Below are positions 7,692 to 17,078 of a stretch of DNA of 32,000 nt, piece after piece; positions within the stretch are counted from its first letter, which is position 1; every line of letters starts with the position of its first letter. The translations under genes were made by a program, and so were the position numbers. This DNA is from Thermosulfurimonas dismutans. Lineage in GTDB: Bacteria > Desulfobacterota > Thermodesulfobacteria > Thermodesulfobacteriales > Thermodesulfobacteriaceae. Location: NCBI RefSeq assembly GCF_001652585.1, contig NZ_LWLG01000001.1, forward strand, positions 90,001 to 122,000. The letters run 5' to 3'. The notes under the pieces were generated by a model, which saw nothing but the letters and a program-made list of their open reading frames with translations, was not told the DNA's origin and did no database searches.

Positions 7692-7720
7692 TTTATATCA
7701 TGCTATAAAATAAATAGCAA
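7692..7720 (-). promoter_or_regulatory. Sigma70-like promoter for the small ORF (-35 TTGCTA, 17-nt spacer, extended -10 TGATATAAA)
   Basis: The minus strand reads TTGCTA (7720..7715), tttattttatagcatga, TATAAA (7697..7692). This lies about 35 nt upstream of the ATG at 7657, within a very AT-rich stretch. Consensus match by eye only. Confidence 0.4.
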
Positions 7721-8007
7721 ATTTTTTATTGGAATTCCTTATAAAAATATATAAAAAGAAAATCCGTGGGTTTACTGGTAACAGGAAGAAAGTAAAGTTA
7801 TATCCGAATTGAGCGATTCCGAAGGCCAAATCCAGGCTGAAGATGAAAATTTGATCAGTAAAATCAATGGTTATGCAATATCCTTCGCAAAGGATTGGCT
7901 AGCCTAATGGATTAAGCAAAAATAGGAATAGGGCCTGACCTAGCTCAAGAATGGGGTTGGGGACGAAGCCCAAAAGGATACGTCAACCAAAATCGCTCAG
8001 ATTGGGT

Positions 8008-8013
8008 TATAAT
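8008..8013 (+). promoter_or_regulatory. Perfect TATAAT -10 box upstream of yebC
   Basis: TATAAT lies 30 nt upstream of the yebC ATG and 17 nt upstream of its GGGAGG Shine-Dalgarno sequence. No convincing -35 element was found. Confidence 0.25.
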
Positions 8014-8042
8014 ATGGCAGCTCAGAAAGAGGGAGGTTGGAG

Positions 8043-8798
8043 ATGGCAGGACATTCTCATTGGGCTCAGATCAAACGGAAAAAGGCTGCTCAGGACGCTA
8101 AGCGCGGGAAGCTTTTCACTAAGATCACCCGAGAAATTATTGTAGCCACTCGAATAGGAGGAGGAGATCCTTCCTCCAATCCGCGGCTTCGAGCTGCCAT
8201 CGCCGCAGCCAAAGCGGCTAACATGCCCAAAGAGAATATAGAAAGGGCCATCCGTAAAGGCCTCGGTCTTGAAGAAGGTACCCAGTATGAAGAGGCCACT
8301 TTTGAAGGCTATGGTCCTGGAGGAGTGGCCGTCTTCATCGAAAGTGTTACCGATAATCGTCGTCGGACAGTCTCCGAACTTCGCCACATATTCAGCAAAT
8401 GCGGTGGGAATTTAGCAGAACCCGGAGCCGTAGCCTGGATCTTCGAAAAGAAGGGGCTGATCGTGATCCCCAGAGATGGTCTCTCTGAAGATCAGGTTCT
8501 TGAGGTAGCCCTCGAAGCCGGAGCCGAGGATGTCCGTAGCTACGAAGGCGAGTTTGAAATCATCACCACCCCTGAAGATTTTGAAGAAGTAAAAGCCGCC
8601 ATCGAAAAAGCCGGTTTTTCTCCCTCCTCGACCAAGGTGACCTTGGTACCCAAAACCACCGTTAAACTCGAAGACGAAAAGACCGCTCAGCAGATGCTAC
8701 GCCTCATGGAAATGCTGGAAGAGCATGACGACGTGCAGCAAGTTTATGCCAATTTCGATATCCCGGAAAACCTGATGGAAAAACTCTCCGGAACTTAG
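8043..8798 (+). CDS. yebC: YebC/PmpR-family DNA-binding transcriptional regulator
   Basis: MAGHSHWAQIKRKKAAQDAKRGKLFTKITREI is the hallmark YebC N-terminus. I place the start at the ATG at 8043, 6 nt after GGGAGG. The track start at 8037 is a TTG. Confidence 0.92.
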   Translation: MAGHSHWAQIKRKKAAQDAKRGKLFTKITREIIVATRIGGGDPSSNPRLRAAIAAAKAANMPKENIERAIRKGLGLEEGTQYEEATFEGYGPGGVAVFIESVTDNRRRTVSELRHIFSKCGGNLAEPGAVAWIFEKKGLIVIPRDGLSEDQVLEVALEAGAEDVRSYEGEFEIITTPEDFEEVKAAIEKAGFSPSSTKVTLVPKTTVKLEDEKTAQQMLRLMEMLEEHDDVQQVYANFDIPENLMEKLSGT

Positions 8799-8801
8799 AA
8801 C

Positions 8802-9275
8802 GTGCGAATCCTCGGCCTTGACCCCGGGTCCAGGGTAACAGGTTACGGACTCATCGAAGGACAAAATCCCCCTCGGGCCCTGGCCTGGGGGGTTATAAAA
8901 CTCGGCAACCGTAATGGACTCCCCGAAAGACTCTATAGGCTTTATCAGGAGCTCGGAAAGATCCTGCGGGAATTTCAGCCGGAGGTGATTGCCCTTGAAG
9001 AAGTTATCCCTGAAAGATATCCGCGGGCGGCTCTCTCTTTGGGGCAGTCCCAGGGGATAATCCTTCTTCTTGTAGGGCAGACCGGCCTCCCCCTCTTTAC
9101 TTATCACCCTCTTGAGGTTAAAACCGAACTCACGGGAAACGGAAGGGCCGGGAAGGAACAGGTTAGCTACATGGTAAAACAGACCCTAGAAATTGAAGAA
9201 CCCCTTGAAACCGACGCCGCGGATGCTTTGGCCTTGGCCCTGACGCATTTTTATCGGATAAACCGTGCTTTCTGA
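8802..9275 (+). CDS. ruvC: Crossover junction endodeoxyribonuclease RuvC
   Basis: 157 aa with a GTG start. MRILGLDPGSRVTGYG carries the catalytic Asp. It sits in the yebC-ruvC-ruvA-ruvB order common in bacteria. Confidence 0.92.
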   Translation: MRILGLDPGSRVTGYGLIEGQNPPRALAWGVIKLGNRNGLPERLYRLYQELGKILREFQPEVIALEEVIPERYPRAALSLGQSQGIILLLVGQTGLPLFTYHPLEVKTELTGNGRAGKEQVSYMVKQTLEIEEPLETDAADALALALTHFYRINRAF

Positions 9276-9837
9276 GATCACAGGTCAGATAACCAAAAAG
9301 ATTCCCGGGAAGCTCTGGCTTAAGACCGGCCCTCTGGTCTGGGAAATCTTCGTACCCTTTACCTTTACCGAAAACCTTCCTCCTCCGGGAGAAAAAGTCC
9401 GGATCTCGGTCTGCGTGTTTCTTCGGGGAGAAATCTTTGAAATGTATGGTTTCCCGGATGACACCTACCGGGAGGCCTTCCTCTTGCTCTCCTCGCTTCC
9501 GCGGATCGGACCCCGACTGGCCTTAAATCTTCTGGCCCTTTTTAGCCCGCAGGAACTCGAGGAGGCGGTACGAACTGAGGACGTCTCGGCCCTTTCCAGG
9601 GTCCCTGGCATCGGTCCTCGAAGGGCCGAAAGACTCTGCGTGGAACTAAGAGCTCGACTCGGACTCAAAAGACGCCATAGGGAACGATCTCCCATCTATG
9701 AAGAGGCTCTCACGGCCCTCAAAAACCTGGGTTTCTCAGCCGTGGAGGCTGAAGAAGCTCTGTCCCAAGTCTTTACCGGTAAAGAAGATCTGGACGAACT
9801 TTTACGTAAGGCCTTAAAACGCTTCTCACCAGCCTGA
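9265..9837 (+). CDS. ruvA: Holliday junction branch migration complex subunit RuvA
   Basis: 190 aa. Helix-hairpin-helix motifs are present ([32 protein letters not shown]). It overlaps ruvC by 11 nt. Confidence 0.9.
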   Translation: MLSEITGQITKKIPGKLWLKTGPLVWEIFVPFTFTENLPPPGEKVRISVCVFLRGEIFEMYGFPDDTYREAFLLLSSLPRIGPRLALNLLALFSPQELEEAVRTEDVSALSRVPGIGPRRAERLCVELRARLGLKRRHRERSPIYEEALTALKNLGFSAVEAEEALSQVFTGKEDLDELLRKALKRFSPA

Positions 9838-9857
9838 AAGCTTTATATAATTTCTCC

Positions 9858-10835
9858 GTGGATCTTCTGCGTCCTAAGACTTTAAAGGAATATATCGGCC
9901 AGGAAGATATCAAACGGGAGCTTGAGATCTATCTTTCGGCGGCCAAGGCCCGTAATGAAGCCTTAGATCACGTGCTTCTTACCGGCTACCCCGGTTTGGG
10001 GAAGACCACCCTGGCCCAAGTTATCGCTCACGAGTTAGGAGTGAATTTCAAGATCACTTCTGGCGCCACCCTTGAAAGACCCGGGGATCTTGCAGCCATT
10101 CTTACCACTCTTGAAGAACGGGATATCCTCTTTATAGACGAGATCCATCGCCTTCCCCGGGCCTGTGAGGAGGTGCTCTATCCGGCCATCGAAGATTTCG
10201 TCCTAGATCTGGTGGTGGGGAAGGGACCTGGGGCTCGGGCCGTACGGTTAAAACTTCCCCGTTTTACTCTTATCGGCGCCACCACCCGCCCGGGATTGAT
10301 CTCCGCCCCTCTGCGCGACCGCTTCGGCATAGTATTCAAACTAGAATTCTACAGTGAGAAGGCCTTGGCCCGCATCATAGCCCGCTCAGCCGAGATTCTA
10401 GGCCTTCGAATCACCCCTGAAGGAGCCCAAGTCATCGCCTCCCGTTCCCGAGGCACCCCTCGGATTGCCAACCGCCTGCTCCGCCGAGTAAGGGATTATG
10501 CCGAGGTAAATGGTAGCCGAGAAATCTCTAAAGAGGTCGCCGAAAAAGCCCTTGCCTTAATGGATCTCGATCCCTTAGGCCTTTCCCCGCTTGACCGACG
10601 CATTCTCCTTACCATCCTCGAAAAATTCGACGGAGGTCCAGTGGGACTGGGAACTTTGGCCACCGCCCTCTGTGAAGACCCCCAGACCCTAGAGGACATC
10701 TATGAACCCTATCTCATCCGGTGCGGTCTCTTGCGCCGAACCCGCAAAGGTCGTATGCTCACGGAGCGAGCCTACATATATTTAAAACAGGTTTCACCGG
10801 AAATACCTCTTAACAATAACCTATGGGAGAACTGA
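9858..10835 (+). CDS. ruvB: Holliday junction branch migration DNA helicase RuvB
   Basis: 325 aa. It has [12 protein letters not shown], Walker [12 protein letters not shown], Walker [10 protein letters not shown], and the sensor/arginine motifs [13 protein letters not shown]. Confidence 0.95.
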   Translation: MDLLRPKTLKEYIGQEDIKRELEIYLSAAKARNEALDHVLLTGYPGLGKTTLAQVIAHELGVNFKITSGATLERPGDLAAILTTLEERDILFIDEIHRLPRACEEVLYPAIEDFVLDLVVGKGPGARAVRLKLPRFTLIGATTRPGLISAPLRDRFGIVFKLEFYSEKALARIIARSAEILGLRITPEGAQVIASRSRGTPRIANRLLRRVRDYAEVNGSREISKEVAEKALALMDLDPLGLSPLDRRILLTILEKFDGGPVGLGTLATALCEDPQTLEDIYEPYLIRCGLLRRTRKGRMLTERAYIYLKQVSPEIPLNNNLWEN

Positions 10836-10839
10836 AACC

Positions 10840-11670
10840 ATGGCCCGTTTAACCATACCAGAAATCCAGGCTAAAAAAGGAAAAGAACCTATCGTGGCTC
10901 TTACGGCCTATGATGTGATCTCGGCCAGGCTAGCCGAAGAGGCCGGCGTAGAACTTATTCTCATTGGTGATTCCGCAGCCATGGTGGTGCTAGGACACGA
11001 GGACACCCTCCCCATCACCATGGAAGAGATGCTCATCTTTTCCCGGGCAGTGGCCCGGGGGGCTCGGAAGGCCCTCCTGGTAGGAGACATGCCTTTTCTT
11101 TCATATCAGACCGGCCCGCCGGAGGCTATACTTAATGCCGGCCGATTTCTCAAAGAAGGGGGTTGCCAGGCCGTAAAGATCGAAGGCGGCGAAGAAGTGT
11201 CCGAAATCGTTAATGCCGTAGTTAAAGCCGGTATCCCGGTCCTGGGGCACATCGGCCTTACGCCTCAACGAGCTTCAGCCTTAGGAGGATATAAGGTTCA
11301 GGGACGCGATCTAGACTCTGCTCGCAAACTTATGCGGGACGCCGAGGCCCTGATTTCAGCTGGGGTCTTTGCCCTTATTTTAGAATGTGTCCCCTCCGAG
11401 CTGGCCCGCCGCATTACCGAGAAGGTCCCTGTCCCCACCATCGGCATCGGGGCCGGTCCTCACACTGACGGCCAGATCTTGGTCTTTCATGATGTAGTCG
11501 GGCTCTGGCCTCGATTTAAGCCCAAGTTCGTAAGGACTTACGCAGAGGTCTCCAAAGAAATTCTCCGGGCCGTTTCCACTTACGCCGAAGACGTAAAACA
11601 GCGTAGGTTTCCGGGCCCGGAGGAAAGTTTTCGTATCTCGGAAGAAGTCCTCAGGGCCTTAGATAGTTAG
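10840..11670 (+). CDS. panB: 3-methyl-2-oxobutanoate hydroxymethyltransferase (pantothenate pathway)
   Basis: 276 aa. The PanB signature regions LTAYD, LIGDSAAMVVLGHEDTLPIT, VKIEGG and GHIGLTPQ are present. Confidence 0.95.
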   Translation: MARLTIPEIQAKKGKEPIVALTAYDVISARLAEEAGVELILIGDSAAMVVLGHEDTLPITMEEMLIFSRAVARGARKALLVGDMPFLSYQTGPPEAILNAGRFLKEGGCQAVKIEGGEEVSEIVNAVVKAGIPVLGHIGLTPQRASALGGYKVQGRDLDSARKLMRDAEALISAGVFALILECVPSELARRITEKVPVPTIGIGAGPHTDGQILVFHDVVGLWPRFKPKFVRTYAEVSKEILRAVSTYAEDVKQRRFPGPEESFRISEEVLRALDS

Positions 11671-12117
11671 CTCTTCCCCATCGTGAATACCGACCAGCTT
11701 GATCTTAAAGATGACGTTCTTGCCGGCTAGAGGGGGATTGAGATCCAAGACAATCTTTTCGTCATTCACTGCGGTTACCAAGGCGGGAAACTGCATCTCC
11801 CCTTGAGGGGTGTCCACAATAAGGTTTAACATCATACCTACCTGGGGCTCGGTCTCCAGAGAAATAGCAGCCCGAGGGATCTCTTTGACCAAGTTATCAT
11901 CCCGTTCCCCAAAGGCCTTGTCCGGGGAAAGCAGTACTTCCTTCTCCTCACCTTCAGCCATTCCGATCACAGCTTCGGACAGCCCCGGAATGATCTCTGG
12001 AGAGCCCACTTCAAAATAAAAAGGCTCTCCATCGGGAGTACGTTCAAACACCTCGCCGTTTTCCAACATCCCTACACAATAGATACTTACCACATCACCT
12101 TCTTTAACCCTGCGCAT
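11659..12117 (-). CDS. FKBP-type peptidyl-prolyl cis-trans isomerase (SlyD-like, with IF insert, no His-rich tail)
   Basis: 152 aa. It has the FKBP core (GDVVSIYCVGMLENGEVFERT ... IPGLSEAVIGMAEGEEKEV) and ends LAGKNVIFKIKLVGI. Its 3' end overlaps the convergent panB by 12 nt. Confidence 0.85.
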   Translation of the reverse strand: MRRVKEGDVVSIYCVGMLENGEVFERTPDGEPFYFEVGSPEIIPGLSEAVIGMAEGEEKEVLLSPDKAFGERDDNLVKEIPRAAISLETEPQVGMMLNLIVDTPQGEMQFPALVTAVNDEKIVLDLNPPLAGKNVIFKIKLVGIHDGEELTI

Positions 12118-12225
12118 ACAAACTCCTTTTTATTAAAATTTATTAGAGGTAGAAGATGGAAGGAGACCCCCACCCCCTACCTTTAAAGAATTTTACCATG
12201 CTTTTAGGAAGGTCAACACCTTAAA

Positions 12226-13143
12226 TTAAAGACGAGGCCGAACCCCAGGGGGGACCTTTGAAAAAAAGAAAAGAGCCACCGGAGGTAAACCATCCGAAAG
12301 TCTAGTAATTTCCGGCGCCGCAAGAAGACTCTTCACGGCCTCAATGTGAAGCTTGTGCCCCGAAAATTCGGCTGAAATCTCACCTTTAAAAGTAAGGCCA
12401 GTTATATAGAGATCCCCCAGGAGATCTAAGGCTTTATGGCGCACAAATTCGTCCTCGGTTCGGAGGCCATCTCCATTAAGAAGTCCTTTTTCATCAAGCA
12501 CAATAGCATTCTGTAAGCTTCCTCCCTTAAGGAGACCTCTTTCTTTACGTCTCAATAGCTCCTCTTTGAATCCGAAAGTCCTAGCAAAGGCTAGTTCTCT
12601 CTGATACGTAAGCGGCGTGATCCGGAGAGACAACTTCTGATCCCTTATCAGAGGATGGTCAAAATGGATATGAAAGGAGAGCCTGAGTTCTGAAGCCGGT
12701 TTAAAAGTAATTCTTCCCACTCCATTTCTGACCTCAAAAGGCCTGAGAATTTCGATATAACGTTTTCTCTTCGGCTGAAGCTTGAGACCAACCCGCATGA
12801 TCTCACGCACGTAAAGCTCAGCCGAACCATCCAAGAGAGGAAGCTCGGCTCCATAAACTCGCACAAAGACGTTATCTATCCCTAAACCATGTAAGGCCGA
12901 AAGCAGGTGTTCTACCATAAAAATGTCATTTTTCCCGTCCGAAAGAACCGTAGCCCCTTCCGTGCCCACAACATTCTCAGGGCACAACTTTATCCGAGGT
13001 CGACCTTTGAGATCCGACCGTTCAAACACAATGCCGGCCTCAACTTGAGCCGGCCAAAGTTCCACCCGAATATTTTTGCCAGAAAAGACCCCAACTCCTT
13101 CTAGGATCACCGGCCCTGCTACCGTTTTTTGCCAATCTGCCAT
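12226..13143 (-). CDS. lpxC: UDP-3-O-acyl-N-acetylglucosamine deacetylase (lipid A biosynthesis)
   Basis: LpxC motifs are present (QKTVAGPVILEGVGVFSG, VEHLLSALHGLGIDN, HKALDLLGDL). I use the ATG at 13143 (MADWQKTV) because the 13 upstream codons in the track ORF are not LpxC-like. Confidence 0.9.
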   Translation of the reverse strand: MADWQKTVAGPVILEGVGVFSGKNIRVELWPAQVEAGIVFERSDLKGRPRIKLCPENVVGTEGATVLSDGKNDIFMVEHLLSALHGLGIDNVFVRVYGAELPLLDGSAELYVREIMRVGLKLQPKRKRYIEILRPFEVRNGVGRITFKPASELRLSFHIHFDHPLIRDQKLSLRITPLTYQRELAFARTFGFKEELLRRKERGLLKGGSLQNAIVLDEKGLLNGDGLRTEDEFVRHKALDLLGDLYITGLTFKGEISAEFSGHKLHIEAVKSLLAAPEITRLSDGLPPVALFFFSKVPPGVRPRL

Positions 13144-13284
13144 AAACCTAACCCTCAAAGATTTTTGGTTAGTTAATTGCAAATTTTATGCCACCCCAAA
13201 AACCTCCAAAACTTTCATCAGGAGGGGGCAACATGACTTGTTTATCTAATATCCCCAGAGCCAAGATGTCACTTAAAAGTAACA

Positions 13285-14208
13285 CTAAACCAGAGGGATA
13301 CCGAGTCGCCTCAATAGGCGTTCCTCTTTTCGCCACCCTCGAAGGACCTTGACCCAAAGGTCTAGATAGATCCTTTTACCTAGGATAAATTCCAGTTCCT
13401 CCCGAGCTAGAGTCCCAATCTTTTTCAAAAGTTGTCCCCCTTTGCCGATCACGATACCCTTTTGAGAGTCTTTCTCCACATAGATCACCGCCTGAATATA
13501 GAGCACTTTCTTCTCCGGATCCTCACGAAATTCCTCTACCACCACCGCCGTTGAATACGGAATTTCTTGTCTGGTCAACATAAAGAGCTTTTCCCGGATT
13601 ATTTCGGCTGCCAAAAGCCGTTCCGGCTGATCGGTAACCATCTCTGGAGGATAATAAGGCGGGCCCTCCGGTAACATGGCCACGATTTCTTCCGTGAGCT
13701 CGGAAAGCCCATCCCTCTCTAGGGCAGAAATGGGGACAATGGCCCTGAAAGGATAAAGTTTGGAAAAGAAATCGATCACGGGAAGAAGTTCGGCTTTCTT
13801 AACAAGATCGATCTTGTTAAGGGCCAGAATAGTTGGCTTTTCCGTCCGGCGCAGGATCTCAAGGATTTGTTCCTCCTCCCGGGGACGTCTGTCCGCCGCA
13901 TCTACTACCCAAACTACTCCGTCCACTTCCTCGATGGCCTTGACCGCCTGTTCTACCATTAAGCGATTGAAAAGTTCCTTGGCTTTGTGGATACCCGGGG
14001 TATCCACAAAGACCACCTGGTAATTCGGTCCGGTAAGGATGCCCCGGATCTGGAACCGGGTGGTCTGAGGTTTAGGAGTGGTGATGGCCACCTTAGTGCC
14101 GATAAGCTGGTTCATAAGGGTGGATTTGCCTACATTGGGGAGCCCGATCAGGGCCACAAACCCTGAACGATAGCCCTCCTCTTTGGAAACCTCCTTTTTT
14201 TCTTCCAC
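13285..14208 (-). CDS. era: GTPase Era
   Basis: 307 aa. It has G1 GLPNVGKSTL, G3 DTPG, G4 NKID, and a C-terminal KH domain (VIGKGGQLLKKIG). Confidence 0.95.
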   Translation of the reverse strand: MEEKKEVSKEEGYRSGFVALIGLPNVGKSTLMNQLIGTKVAITTPKPQTTRFQIRGILTGPNYQVVFVDTPGIHKAKELFNRLMVEQAVKAIEEVDGVVWVVDAADRRPREEEQILEILRRTEKPTILALNKIDLVKKAELLPVIDFFSKLYPFRAIVPISALERDGLSELTEEIVAMLPEGPPYYPPEMVTDQPERLLAAEIIREKLFMLTRQEIPYSTAVVVEEFREDPEKKVLYIQAVIYVEKDSQKGIVIGKGGQLLKKIGTLAREELEFILGKRIYLDLWVKVLRGWRKEERLLRRLGIPLV

Positions 14209-14228
14209 TTTAAAACTCCTTTCTCCCC

Positions 14229-14266
14229 AAAATTAATAAAGGGCGCCCGTCTCTTGTCGGACGCCC
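14229..14266 (-). terminator. Intrinsic terminator after the carbonic anhydrase gene
   Basis: The minus strand reads GGGCGUCCG-ACAAGAGA-CGGGCGCCC (9 bp including one G.U), followed by UUUAUUAAUUUU. The + strand version has a C-A mismatch but a GTTTTTT tail. Confidence 0.55.
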
Positions 14267-14291
14267 GTTTTTTAAAAAACTAAAATACTAC

Positions 14292-15041
14292 TTATTTAAG
14301 AATCTTCCTAGCGTTCACAGGCTGAACCGGACGATTGTTTTCGAAGCCCATAATCTTTTTAAATTTTTCAGCTTGGGCTTCGGAGATCTGAAGGGGGTTT
14401 TTCAAGAAAAGCCATATAACCCCTTCGGAACAGGGCGGCGTAGTAAGAGAACCGCTATACCGGTAATAGTCCAGATTTTCGGGCAAAAGGGCCTGCATAT
14501 TCACCAGACTTTTCAGTTCCTTCTTCCCCTCGTGTTCTGGGGCCTCTTTCCATAACTTGGCAATCTCCGGATGCTCGGCTCCTCGGTCAAAAACAACGCC
14601 AATTACCGCCAACTGTCCGTCATCTGCCTGATGTACGAAATGCAACTCCAAGAGGTAATATTTCCCTTCTACGGTGTGTTCACTAGGCGAATGGAAGTGA
14701 AACTGTTTAAGATGAAATTTTTTGCCATCCACCACGATATAATTATCTTCCTTCGGAACCACCATAATGGTGTGACCATTATTCACGATCTCACCACTTA
14801 TTTGATCACGATAGTGGAAATTTATAGGCTCAAGCTGAGCTTCAATGGTCACCGAAGAATTAATGTCTACCGGGGATTGGTTCTTGCCCACCTTACACAT
14901 AAAATATTCATGAGCTAAATCTCCCCAATGGGCCGGTCCTATCTTGCCCACATACCCCCATTTGACCACATGTCCTCCGCCTGCCAGGGCTACCCCACCA
15001 ATCATTAAAGAACCTACCAAGCCTCCTATAAATTTCTTCAT
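14292..15041 (-). CDS. Alpha-class carbonic anhydrase, secreted (N-terminal signal peptide)
   Basis: 249 aa. The signal-like N-terminus is MKKFIGGLVGSLMIGGVALAGG. Alpha-CA signatures are present: HWGY, GKNQSPVDI, NNGHTI, QFHFHSPSEHTVEGK, ELHFVH (three Zn histidines) and YRYSGSLTTPPCSEGVIW. Confidence 0.9.
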   Translation of the reverse strand: MKKFIGGLVGSLMIGGVALAGGGHVVKWGYVGKIGPAHWGDLAHEYFMCKVGKNQSPVDINSSVTIEAQLEPINFHYRDQISGEIVNNGHTIMVVPKEDNYIVVDGKKFHLKQFHFHSPSEHTVEGKYYLLELHFVHQADDGQLAVIGVVFDRGAEHPEIAKLWKEAPEHEGKKELKSLVNMQALLPENLDYYRYSGSLTTPPCSEGVIWLFLKNPLQISEAQAEKFKKIMGFENNRPVQPVNARKILK

Positions 15042-15072
15042 GCTTACCCCCCAAATAAAAGTGGATTTTGAC

Positions 15073-15783
15073 TCAAATTTTAGGTTCTTCTCTAATTTTT
15101 TTCAAGGCACGGCGGGCCGCCTCCTGGGCGGCCTCCTTTTTGGAACGGCCCCGTCCTCGGGCCAAAACCCTGCCTCCTACCAGAACCTCCATCTCAAAAG
15201 AGGGGGCATGTGAAGGTCCTTCCTCGCTTACCAGACGATAAACGGGCGTTTCTCCCCACTTGGCCTGTGTTATTTCCTGTAATCGCGAACGATAGTCGGA
15301 AAGAAATCCCTTTTCGGCATGAGGAATAAGCCTTCCAAAAATCCTTTTTACAAAAGAAAAAGCCTTTTCGTAGCCGCCATCAAGATAAATCGCTCCTATT
15401 ACCGCCTCCAAAGCTCCCGCCAGAATGGAAGCCTTGTGCCGGCCTCCGCTTTTGCTCTCTCCGCGGCTAACCAAGATAAACTCCGAAAGGCCGATGCGCT
15501 CGGCTACCCGGGCCAGCCTTTCTTCCCGCACCAGCCAGGCCCGCATTCGAGAAAGATCCCCTTCCTTACACCCGGAATACTTCTCGTAGAGAAGATGCGA
15601 AATCACCACCGAAAGCACCGCATCTCCCAAAAACTCCAGTCTTTCGTTGTCCTGAAGATCTCCTAGTCTTCTTTCAGCGGCATAGGAACGATGTGTGAGG
15701 GCTTTTACTAGAAGACTTGGATCCCGAAACCTGAAGCCTAGTTTCTTTTCAAGCCGGGGAAGCTTCGAATAAAGTTCCTTCAT
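15073..15783 (-). CDS. rnc: Ribonuclease III
   Basis: 236 aa. It has the RNase III signature [11 protein letters not shown] and a C-terminal dsRBD ([12 protein letters not shown]...[14 protein letters not shown]). Confidence 0.95.
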   Translation of the reverse strand: MKELYSKLPRLEKKLGFRFRDPSLLVKALTHRSYAAERRLGDLQDNERLEFLGDAVLSVVISHLLYEKYSGCKEGDLSRMRAWLVREERLARVAERIGLSEFILVSRGESKSGGRHKASILAGALEAVIGAIYLDGGYEKAFSFVKRIFGRLIPHAEKGFLSDYRSRLQEITQAKWGETPVYRLVSEEGPSHAPSFEMEVLVGGRVLARGRGRSKKEAAQEAARRALKKIREEPKI

Positions 15784-16544
15784 TGGGATACCAAAAAGGC
15801 CGAAGGAAAGTCCTTTTTGAGTTTTTCGGCCAATCTCCTAGCCTGATCGAGATCATACGCCAAAAAGATCTTGACCCGGTAAAAAGTGGCACCCTCATGA
15901 GTAAAGGGTTCAATGAGAACCAGTTTGAACTTGCGGGAAAGCCGTTCTCGAAGGCACACGGCATTGGCGTAATTTTGGAAGGAACCCACCTGAAGGTAAT
16001 ATTCGCCCTTTTTGAGTTCGGGCAAACGGGTAAAGATCACCCCTCGCGGGGTCCTTCTCCCTTCGGCCAGGGCCACAATTCTTACTCGGGCCACGCCCTT
16101 TTCTACCATACCGAGAGTCCTGGCCGCAGCATAACTCAGATCAATGATCCTTCCCGGCACGAAGGGCCCCCGGTCGTTTATCCGCACCACTACCCTCCGG
16201 CCGTTCTCAAGATTGGTCACCATGACATAAGTACCTAGGGGTAAGATCTTATGAGCCGCTGTCAAGGCATACATGTTGTAAGGTTCCCCGCTGGCCGTGG
16301 GCCTTCCGTGGAACTTCGGTCCATACCAGGAAGCCAAGCCCTCCTCCACATATCCTCTGGCCGAGGGCAAGGGATAATAGGTTTTCCCGTTTACGGTGTA
16401 AGGCTTCTGGCTGACAGAAATTTTTTTCTTTGGAGGCCCTAAAGGGACATGCACGACCTCTACGTTATTTTTTACCCCCCCGCAGGCTGAAACTATCCCA
16501 GTCATCCCAAAGAAAAGAAGCCACCTTAAAACTTTTTTGGTCAT
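15780..16544 (-). CDS. rlpA: Septal ring lytic transglycosylase RlpA-family lipoprotein (DPBB domain plus C-terminal SPOR domain)
   Basis: 254 aa. The lipobox is GIVSAC. The DPBB core is [60 protein letters not shown]. The tail is SPOR-like ([14 protein letters not shown]). It overlaps the rnc start by 4 nt. Confidence 0.85.
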   Translation of the reverse strand: MTKKVLRWLLFFGMTGIVSACGGVKNNVEVVHVPLGPPKKKISVSQKPYTVNGKTYYPLPSARGYVEEGLASWYGPKFHGRPTASGEPYNMYALTAAHKILPLGTYVMVTNLENGRRVVVRINDRGPFVPGRIIDLSYAAARTLGMVEKGVARVRIVALAEGRRTPRGVIFTRLPELKKGEYYLQVGSFQNYANAVCLRERLSRKFKLVLIEPFTHEGATFYRVKIFLAYDLDQARRLAEKLKKDFPSAFLVSQ

Positions 16545-17078
16545 CCCCCTTCCCTTTTAAGGGCGGATTATACTATAATCTTCCCCTAAACTCCAAAACT
16601 TGAATATTAGTTTAAGATCTCTCCACTTCTCCGTTTTATTACTTTTTCCTACTCTTTCCAGCCTTCTTTCGGTAGGCTGAATGTAGAATCTTCTCCACGA
16701 GGCCCTGATAAGGGCGTTAATGAACCTCAAAGGCCTTGCTCTACCCTGGTCTCCCTCAAGAGGAGGTTTAAACTACTAAAACCTTGACAGCTTCGAGAAA
16801 AGGAAGTCATCTGGGCCCTGCCGTCGAACTCAGAAGCCCCTATCCAGCTTGAACTTCGCCGAAGAGATCAATCTAAAGGTCTCAACTGTCGGGCCCCCTA
16901 CTTTATCGCTCCTACAGGAAAAGACCTAAAAACCAACGAAGGCCAATTCTCATATTACGCTTGGATCCCTTTGCTAAAATGGCTCAGAAAAGACTCCAAG
17001 ACCCCAATCGAAAAAAAAGCTCTGTCAATTTGAAACCCTTGCGCCTTTTCCAAAAAACGTAAAAATGGGAACTTACCG

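Noticed and set aside
7508-7708. 66-aa + strand ORF in the radical SAM upstream region
   Set aside because: It is antisense to the much better supported minus-strand small ORF, which has a Shine-Dalgarno sequence, a promoter and operon context. The + strand ORF has no Shine-Dalgarno sequence and its tail runs through the AT-rich promoter.
16819-16836. TGCCGTCGAACTCAGAAG, resembling the conserved 5S rRNA loop C/helix III segment (…AUGCCGAACUCAGAAG…)
   Set aside because: Only this roughly 11-17 nt core matches. The flanks cannot be aligned to a 5S secondary structure (no helix I or helix IV/V counterparts), and no 16S/23S genes are nearby. I treat it as chance or at most a relic, and mention it only as a feature of the unexplained gap.
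16545-17078. Possible oriC (a large gap near parS/parAB)
   Set aside because: Only degenerate DnaA-box-like strings are present (TCTCCAC twice, CTATCCAGC). There is no cluster of TTATCCACA-type boxes, no AT-rich unwinding element, and no dnaA/dnaN nearby.
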